The position numbers were made by a program, and so were the translations under genes. A DNA stretch of 64,000 bases from Octopus vulgaris. Taxonomy: Eukaryota. This document shows, in pieces, positions 54,965 through 64,000 of the stretch. The first letter of the stretch is position 1. The number at the start of each line of letters is the position of its first letter. The notes under the pieces were generated by a model. It searched no databases, was not told the DNA's origin, and was given only the letters and a program-made list of their open reading frames with translations. The stretch is taken from contig OX597821.1 of NCBI GenBank assembly GCA_951406725.2, forward strand, positions 79,670,001-79,734,000. Direction: 5' to 3'.

Positions 54965-56139
54965 AATACACACACACACATATATTTATATATACATATA
55001 TATACATGTATGTATGTATGTATGTCCCGAACAGGAAGAGACAGACATGTACTGATTATATTGGATAATAAACTCTATAGTAAATTGCCTCAAATCAATA
55101 CGTAGTTTATCATCTGTTAAAATATCAATAGGTCTGATCACTCATTGATAAATACGTCTGATCGCTTAACGTCAAAACATCGGTTGATTATCGAAGCAAC
55201 GCATGATATCAAGTCTCAAATATCACCAGGTAAAACGCCATTCTCATTGCTTTGTGATCCCTGGATATCTATCTTAAATTTGAAACTTTATATAAAGGAT
55301 CATCCAGTTTCTTTATTAGCGCCCCTTAAAGAAAGTAACCAGTCAGCCATATTTGTTTACATCTACGTTCTGCATCGTACCACATCGTAATTATTGTAGA
55401 GTACAAAAAGATTAGTGTCGTTATTTTGTGATTTCTTAAAGTACAGTAATTTCTTTTAATTAATTTCAGTACTCTTGTTATCCCATTATGTCAAGTACTC
55501 ATAAAGCGCATTCATTAGAAACCAAACTAAAGAATATGAAAAAAGTAGAAGGAACACGAAAGAAAAGTGTTACCGCAGAATTCTTAAGGCTTGTGCTGTC
55601 AACTTTAAAAGACCATAATGAATCAATCTGCCAAAATAAAATTTGCAATGCAAAATTCAAGTGAGCGTAACATTTCAAAACTACAAGGCATACGCAGTAA
55701 AGTCCTGGAAAAAAATATTTGGATGTGGAATATGTGCCAAGAAATTATTCAGCAAGCGGCGTTAAATTTATTTAATAAGTTGAAGCACGAAGCAGCTGAA
55801 GTTGGCGCGTTTGTCGCTTTGCGTCGACATTTTGAGAAGTTGAAGAAACGATCTAATCACTATAGCATTTACATTAAAGGGTAAAGGTCTCTCTCAGTCA
55901 TGACTGACCATGGGAATGCACCTCGAAAGTTGACCTCCGAGGCACAAGTCCGGGCAAGGTTGTTTACGGGAAAGGCAAAGGCCGATATAGCTTGGCACCA
56001 GTGACGTCGCAACTAATTTCTACAGCTGAGTGAACAGGAGCAACGTGTAATGTTATATGTATATATAACAAAAATTCAGGGTGAATACTTGATAATTGTA
56101 AGCACCTGTATATACCATTTAGTGGTGTAGGTGATAGAG

Positions 56140-56647
56140 TATATTTATCAAAATAAAAACATGATGCAAAGGATTTAGCGGTACATATGTTTCGGGCCTT
56201 TATTAGACGGTTTATAACAATGCATAAATGATGTAAATGTGTGTCTATAGCCTTCTTCAGCCGCGTACAATTACTACTTCAAGGACATGTATTACATTAT
56301 AAGTTTTACGTTGGGGATGCAAATCCTCATAGTCGCGTACGACAGAGCGAGGCACCAGAAGAAAAGCGAAGCGTCCATCCCGTTTTTCACTAGATCGAGC
56401 GAAAAACGAGATGGACGCTTTGATTTTGTTCTGGTGCCTCGTTCTGTCGTACGCGACTATGAGGATTTGCATCCCCAAAGTAAGACTTATAATGTAATAC
56501 ATGTCCTTGAAGTAGTAATTGTACGCGGCTGAAGAAGGCTATAGACACACATTTACATCAATTATGCATTGTTATAAACCGTCTAATAAAGGCCCGAAAC
56601 ATATGTACCGCTAAATCCTTTGCATCATGTTTTTATTTTGATAAATA

Positions 56648-56649
<2 letters not shown>
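56140..56649. repeat. 510-bp spacerless palindrome with a hammerhead on each strand
   Basis: Arms are symmetric about 56394.5 (central GATC) with scattered mismatches; the right end runs into (TA)n. Confidence 0.92.
56525..56611 (+). ncRNA. Type I hammerhead ribozyme motif (mirror copy on - strand at 56178-56264)
   Basis: GCGG-CTGAAGA-aGGCTaTAGAC...GTCTAataaaGGCCc-GAAAC-ATAT-GTA^-CCGC. Confidence 0.75.
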
Positions 56650-56719
<70 letters not shown>

Positions 56720-56796
56720 TATATTTATGTATATACATGTATATATATATGTATTGAATTACACAACTTTTTTCAGAGAATTCATTTATATATAAC

Positions 56797-57183
56797 GTGG
56801 TAAGTAGCTTGCTTACCAACCACATGGTTCCAGGTTCAGTCTCACTGCGTGTCATCTTGGGCAAGTGTTTTCTACTATAGCCTCGGGCCGACCAAAGCCT
56901 TGTGAGTGGATTTTGTAGACGGAAACTGAAAGAAGCCTGTCGTATATATATATATCTATATATATATGTGTGTGTGTTTGTGTGTCTGTGTTTGTCCCTC
57001 GAACATCGCTTGACAACCGATGCTGGTGTATTTACGTCCTCGTAACTTAGTGGTTCGGCAAAAGAGACCGATTGAATAAGTACTAGGCTTGCGAAGAATA
57101 AGTCCTGGGGTCGATTTGCTCGACTAAAGGCGGTGCTCCAGCATGGCCGCAGTCAAATGACTGAAACAAGTAAAAGAGTAAAA

Positions 57184-57187
<4 letters not shown>
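56797..57187 (+). mobile_element. tRNA-derived SINE (family A)
   Basis: Near-consensus copy ending 'gaaacaagtaaaagagtaaaagaa'. Confidence 0.9.
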
Positions 57188-57233
<46 letters not shown>

Positions 57234-57768
57234 CCCGGGGTTAAACAAGAAAAACAAATGAAGGAATCCTACATTGGATGACGTAATGTTACATTGAATA
57301 TTTCTGCCCAAAAATACGAAATGGCCTCTGCTGGAACGTTTTTGATCATCGGTCTACTCGATCAGGGCTGTCCTGGGTTTAAAAACCTTACACAAATCAA
57401 GTGTTGCATCTATTCACATATTTCTATTTCCTTATCTTTTTCAGCTGTAAACCTGTGGGCCGGCAGAATCGTTAGAGCTCCGGGCGCAATACTAAACACA
57501 ATTTCTTCCGTTTCTTTAAGACCTGAGTAGTCGACTTTGCCTTTCCCCACTTGTGGTCAATAAAATAAAGTAACAATCAAGTTCTGGGCGCGGAGTAGGT
57601 TAAAGGATTGAAGTAATGGACTTACTCCCATCTCTGGAAACTGTTAGCCCTGTACCAAAATTCGCAAAAATATTTTGACCAGTTAATGATTCTTTCACCC
57701 ACTCAGTCTCGCAAATACCTTGCGAATATATACATACACATGAACACACCACAGCAACCATAATCTAT

Positions 57769-57820
<52 letters not shown>

Positions 57821-57845
57821 ACATACATAAAATATAGCTCGCCAA

Positions 57846-58015
57846 GTGGCGTAGCTAGTGTGCGTGTGTCGCCCGGGGCAGCCCTTGAATTTGACGTTGC
57901 TAGCCCCCCATTGAGGCTCATACAGCAGACCTGAAAGTGCTTCCCGCCATAAAAATGTCGCTCGAGGTGGACCATCCCTATGCCCCTCGGCTACTCTTCT
58001 GAGCTAGCCGTCACT
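57846..58015. mobile_element. Putative small MITE with agtggcgtagct-type termini
   Basis: 'agtggcgtagct' ... 'agctagccgtcact'. Internal 'gacctgaaagtgc...ccataaaa' is also in a partial copy at 16580-16685 ending 'ctagctacgctactg'. Confidence 0.5.
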
Positions 58016-58347
58016 CGCGAGTGAGTATGGCTTAATGGTTTATACCATGCTTTCGATAATTGTTTTAGACCCTATGCAGCCCCGAGCAGATACAGTCATC
58101 CTCAGAACCATCTCACACTTGACTCAGCCACCCTTCTATGATGTGAAATCTGGGTGAGAGAGACAGAGAGAGTCTCTTGTGGATGAGAGAGACAGAGAGA
58201 GTAATACTCATTACAACTGGGTCGACTGGAGCTATGTTAAAGGAAAAGCCTTGTTCAAGAATACAACGCGTTGCACGATCTAGAATCGAACCCACGACCT
58301 CACAATCATGAACTGAATACCCTATACTAACCCCTTGGTCACGCGCC

Positions 58348-58406
<59 letters not shown>

Positions 58407-58528
58407 AAACACGTATGTTATTTAGTTTTAATCTAAGATTTCTTGCCAACAGGGAGAGAGAGCCAACGTTTAATTTAGATCAAAAGCTTCCCTATTGGAA
58501 TTTCAACGGGGTACTTGTGTATGTATGT

Positions 58529-58572
<44 letters not shown>

Positions 58573-58774
58573 ATGTGCGCGCGCGTGCGCGCAAAATTCT
58601 ACTGCGAAGTATCTGGTTGCGTCTGTAGAAGTGGTAAACGGGAATAAATGCGCACACACAAACTTGTATGAAGGAAGATGATCAGAAGCAAGAAATCGTA
58701 AATGGAAAAAGGAGAGAAATTCAGTAAAAAACAGAAGAAATTACAGAATGTCAAACATCCTCTGTGTGTGTGTG

Positions 58775-58836
<62 letters not shown>

Positions 58837-59215
58837 TGTGAATGTGTGTGTCGACGTGAAAGAGAGAGAAAAAGAGGTGGAAAGGAGGGAGGGAGACAGT
58901 TTATATACAGACTATCTGTTGCCGATTAACTCAACGGGATTAAATGAGATAAATATGAAAAAAAGGGGATAATTCATAAATTATATTTTTTTACGTTGAC
59001 AGCTAATCTTCTTAATTCTTTCCCCTTATTTTAAGCGGATTAAACGGGGCAGTACACACGACTGTGTAACTGGTTTTTAACTATCATCACAAAGTTTGTT
59101 GTTCGTTTATAGTTTTTTAAAAAATTCTTCTTGAGATTAAATCAATATGAATTTCTCTCTCTCTTTCTTCTCTCTCTCTTTCTCTCTCTCTCTATATATA
59201 TACATATATTTATAT

Positions 59216-59401
<186 letters not shown>

Positions 59402-59653
59402 ATACATATAGGCAGTGCGCCAGCTTGGCAGCAGCTCTCACACGCGCTCATCTCACACACTTACACACACATACTTTTACAAAGATTGTGATGAAAGTGA
59501 CTACGAAGTTTCGGACTATTGGTCTTCGTCAAATTATGGAAATAAAAGCATAACAAATATGGACTCCACGAAAATTCTTCAGGTTAATGTTTCATTGTTT
59601 TTATTTTGACTCAACAATGACTCGGCAAAGAAACAACCATTTATATTTATACA

Positions 59654-59743
<90 letters not shown>

Positions 59744-59746
<3 letters not shown>

Positions 59747-60041
59747 GGTATTCCAGAAGTCTTGGGCACATTTTGACATTGAATATATCGAAAACTATTA
59801 AGGACTTAAAAACGCATCTGATATATTCTGAAAGCCTGCAATTTCAAGTTTTTTTTTTTTTTTTGAATGTTCAAAGATGTTCAATGTGGTCACACGGCAC
59901 ACATCAGGCCGATAGTCCATTAGCATTACAAAAAAACTTAATGAATTTAGCTTTAAAATGGTACCAGTTTCATTTTACTACCAATCACAGTCCAGCAGAT
60001 ATGAAGACTTGAAATGTGCCCAAGACTTCTGGAACACCCTG
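59744..60041. mobile_element. Tc1/mariner-type MITE (298 bp)
   Basis: TA|cagggtattccagaagtcttgggcacattt ... aaatgtgcccaagacttctggaacaccctg|TA, 30-bp TIRs. Confidence 0.9.
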
Positions 60042-60065
60042 TATGTATATATATATATATACATA

Positions 60066-60325
60066 CGAGGGGGTACCCAAAAGTAACCGGAAACGTTCTC
60101 TGTGAGACTCCGTTGTGGTTCAGGCTTTCGTCGCTAGAAGCCACTTGACGCGACCCTCAGGCATCAGTGTGCCGATCGGCGTCATCGGGTGATGGTCTAC
60201 TGTCACGTTGTGCCTCTTTGTTTTGCAATGCTTCTTCCCTGTTCGTCGATTTTTGCGATGGCTGAAACGAAGGAACAGCGCGCTTCCATGGAATCCTGTT
60301 TTCTGCTGGGACAGAAGGGTCACAC
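60066..60325 (+). mobile_element. mariner 5' end fragment
   Basis: TA|cgagggggtacccaaaagtaaccggaa terminus; 'MAETKEQRASMESCFLLGQK' resembles a mariner N-terminus. Confidence 0.7.
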
Positions 60326-60504
60326 AGGAGAGCGAAGAAGTAGGGGACATGATATGCTATACGCTGAAGTTACACAAAATATATATGCAGAAGTTAGATA
60401 AGAACACTAGAGATTTGCGCCAAAGTACTTGTTATTCGGTGTAAAAGCCTTATGTGATATTTAAACTCAGATCGTAGAAAACGGGAATATATACTGCAAA
60501 ATAT

Positions 60505-61118
60505 TATTTTCTACTCCAGGCACACGGTCCGAAATTTTCGGTGAGGGGGCCAGTCGATTAAATAGACCCCAGTAAAAAACTGGTACTTAATTTATCGAAC
60601 TCGGAAGGATGAAGGGCAAAGTCAACTTCTGCGGAAATTGAACTCAGGACGTAAAGACAGACGAAATACCTATTTCTTTACTACCCACAAGGGGCTAAAC
60701 ACAGAGAGGACAAACAAGGACAGACAAGCGGATTAAGTCGATTATATCGACCCCAGTGCATAACTGGTACTTATTTATTCGACCCCGAAAGGAATAAAGG
60801 TAAAGTCGACCTCGGCGGAATTTGAACTTAGAATGTAACGGCAGAAGAAATACCGCTAAGCATTTCGTCCGGCGTGCTAAAGTTTCTTATTTCTTTATTG
60901 CCTACAAGGGGCTAAACATAGAGGGGACAAACAAGTACAGACAAAGGGATTAAGATGATTACATTGACCTCAGTGCGTAACTGGTACTTAATTTATCGAC
61001 CCCGAAAGGATGAAAGGCAAAGTCGACCTCGACGGAATTTGAGCTCAGAACACGAAGATAGACGAAATGTCGCTAAGCATTTCGCCCGGCGTGCTAACGT
61101 TTCTGCCAGCTCGCCGCC
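60505..61118 (-). mobile_element. SINE family C with triplicated core
   Basis: Three copies of the 'ctggtactta..tatcgaccccgaaagga..aaaggcaaagtcgacctc..cggaatttga' core, separated by 'cacaaggggctaaaca' spacers; tRNA-like head at the right end. Confidence 0.8.
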
Positions 61119-61511
61119 TCAGCTACTGCAAAATATTGATCCAATGCTGTAACATCCCTGTCAGTTCACCCTCTTAAATCATCATAATAATAATTGTTTC
61201 TAGCAAAGGAGCATAGGCACAAGGCCAGTGATTTTAGGAGAAGGGGTCAGTCGATTACATCGGCCCCAGTACTTAACTAGTACTCTTTTTAAATTCAAGT
61301 ACTAGATTAGCAGTTTAAAGGAGGTGGGTGCGGTCGAAACTATAGCCTCTCTCCCCTCTCCCCACAACAAGTATTTGACTGTTACTTTATTTTATTGACA
61401 TCGAAAGCATGGAAGGCGAATGTTGTGGAGGGCAAGGATTTACATAAAATACCGGGATTTAGAAAGGTGGGGAAAAACTGAAATACTTATATGCATAATA
61501 TAATAATAATA

Positions 61512-62040
61512 GGTGCAGGAGTGGCTGTGTGGTAAGTAGCTTGCTTACCTACCACATGGTCCTGGGTTCAGTCCCACTGCATGGCACCTTGGGCAAGTGT
61601 CTTCTACTATAGCCTCGGGCCGACCAAAGCCTTGTGAGTGGATTTGGTAGACGGAAACTCTGTGTGTGTGTGTGTGTGTGTGTGCTTGTTTGTGTGTCTG
61701 TCTTTGTCCCCCCACCATCGCTTGACAACCGATGTTGGTGTGTTTACGTCCTCGTAACGTAGCAGTTCGGCAAAAGAGAACGATAGAATAAGTACTAGGC
61801 TTACAACGTATTCCTCCATTTGAAGTAATGCATCGGTCCAGGCGAATTTTCCATTATTCGAAGCAGTGCTTGAACTCCTGCGAAGAAATGCCTTTTAACG
61901 CTTTTGTCGTTTCTTCCTTCGCCTCTTCCACATCTTCAAAGAATAAGTACTGGGTCGATTTGTTCGACTAAAGGCGGTGCTCCAGCATAGCCACAGTCAA
62001 ATGACTGATACAAATAAAGGAATATAACAAAGAATAAGAG
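61512..62040 (+). mobile_element. tRNA-derived SINE (family A) containing a mariner fragment
   Basis: Family A consensus interrupted at 61808-61937 by non-SINE sequence. Confidence 0.85.
61808..61940 (-). pseudogene. mariner transposase C-terminal fragment
   Basis: Minus strand reads 'FEDVEEAKEETTKALKGISSQEFKHCFE*WKIRLDRCITSNG'. Confidence 0.75.
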
Positions 62041-63529
62041 AGGTTTACCAGCTAGTGCCAGTCGAGGACCTCGAAAGTTTCAAAATCAATTTAAACACCG
62101 AAGTCAAGTACCCTCTCCAACTGTCTTTTTTCCGACTTACAGATCTATACTTAGAGCGATATCATTCACTCTTTCCATTTTGTCATTCCATTTTTGTCAT
62201 TCGACTGCAGTACCTGTCTCTGCACTCTCATCCTCCCTTTGATGTAAAACCTAAGAGAAAACTCTCTGTCCTCAAATATCTAAACCTCGTTCATTGCACA
62301 ACCACTTTCAGACAGAGAAAAAATTGCCTTCATTGCTCGGTATAAATAGGGCGACATATCTATCTTCACGATGGATTTTATTGATAGCCAGATCCATGTC
62401 ATACGCCACTTCAACTCTTTGACTTATATCCACGTTAGCAACGCCCGGACACTGAACGAGTGCGTGCAGAACAGTTTCGATCCTCTACGCTGGCCTCAAA
62501 CAGTTCTTCCTAACGGTATTTCTGAGAATGTAGAAATTACTTCGAACTGGAACAGCCCCTCGATAGCACTGCCAGGCCAATACCTGTAGCCATTATCCTA
62601 TTATTCGTAGTAATTTTTGAAAGTCTCTTGGAACAGACAAACCGGTTCGTTCCCGCTCGACATCCAGAGTATCCCCGAGACCTCATTCTCGCCACTGACC
62701 TTTTATAAATTGCTGATATGGAACATCCACCAATCCCGTTGCCCGATTAGCAGAGGTGTTTACTCCCCCCAGGACTTCAACTGCAAAGACACGCGTTGCA
62801 AAAAGACGTGCCTCACGAACGGTTCACAGTAGGCTGCCATTTAAGAATTTCTGCAGGTGGCTCAATCGCAATGCATGTCTGCACCTGAGCAGCGAGGGCA
62901 TGTCTGACAAACATACAAACACATACAAATATACATGTATACATATAGTAGAGTCCAGAGTAGTCCATAGGCAGGAGAGGTGCCGCCGGAGTGTAGAAAG
63001 TCCAAAAGAGAATCCGTAAAGGGTAGAAAGGTAGAAAGTCCAGTGGAGAAGTTCGTGGGTGATGAGAGGAGACAGGATCAACTGGTGCGACCACGTGAGC
63101 GTGTGATATATGGTGAGAATTCACGAAAAAACCCCAAAAAACAAAAGACGAAGACAGGTGGTGTAGAAAACAAAGAGATGTATTAGTACATATATACTTT
63201 TAATGATTCATCTCTTTCTATCTCCGTTCTTCTCTGTACACACACACACACACACACACACACGTTTATGTATGTATATCAATGTATATATGAATATCGG
63301 GAGATGTGCAGCAGATTTATGGGGTGGAGTGTTTTTAGTAAACACACATTTTAGTCCCACAGTCAAAAGCATCCACTGTCGTTATAAAGCATGTTTCCCT
63401 CTGGAACCCCCCCCCCCAAAAAAAAAACATTTACAAATATGTGTATAAATACTGACTTGAGTGCATGCGTGCGTATGTGTGTATTATCAAATATCTATCT
63501 GTATCTGTTAATCTGTCTATATGTACTCG

Positions 63530-63571
<42 letters not shown>

Positions 63572-63732
63572 TCCATATATACATATATAGATATACATGA
63601 GCACATATAGCCAGGCACATAATTCATAAACGTACACGTATGCATATATATGTATGCGCGTATGTGTGTGTGTTTGTTTGTGTATATGTAAATATGTATA
63701 CGTACATATACATACATACATACATACATACA

Positions 63733-63768
<36 letters not shown>

Positions 63769-63857
63769 TATATTTCTGTGTTTACATACATGATTACATG
63801 TATGTATATATATGGTCGAATGCAGACGTGATATACAGTTTTGTGATAGGTAACTGT

Positions 63858-63914
<57 letters not shown>

Positions 63915-64000
63915 GGGAGAGGGGCAAGAAAGAGAGAGAGAGAGAGAGAGAGGAGGGACAAAGAGAGGGGGGACAGAGATACAAAGAGAGGAGAGGAGGG

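Noticed and set aside
56257-56532. Near-identical 81-aa ORFs on opposite strands
   Set aside because: A direct consequence of the palindrome; no recognisable protein.
60505-61118. Repeat-spacer pattern superficially like a CRISPR array
   Set aside because: Long SINE core repeats with repeated rather than unique spacers, eukaryotic context, and no cas genes.
62050-63100. Possible LINE ORF1/endonuclease remnant
   Set aside because: Looks like decayed coding DNA, but I could not identify diagnostic motifs.

Overview
Gene-poor, microsatellite-rich eukaryotic DNA. The SINE families and repeat style suggest an octopus or other cephalopod genome, which is an inference and not verified. I found no host protein-coding exon, and nearly all ORFs in the track are microsatellite artefacts. 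The window is a mosaic of (TA)n/(CA)n/(TACA)n tracts, at least three tRNA-type SINE families, Tc1/mariner elements and MITEs, a CR1-type LINE fragment, an RLE-type (HERO/NeSL-like) LINE fragment, and decayed Penelope-like (GIY-YIG) retroelements. The main hidden signal is a dozen or more type I hammerhead ribozyme motifs from several unrelated sequence families, many with a self-complementary stem III. They sit in small non-coding cassettes, often in or beside (TA)n tracts: a 535-bp tandem dimer with two canonical hammerheads (retrozyme-like), a terminally redundant ~567-bp monomer, and fold-back palindromes carrying a ribozyme motif on both strands. All structures were read by eye, coordinates are approximate to a few bases, and no activity is demonstrated.
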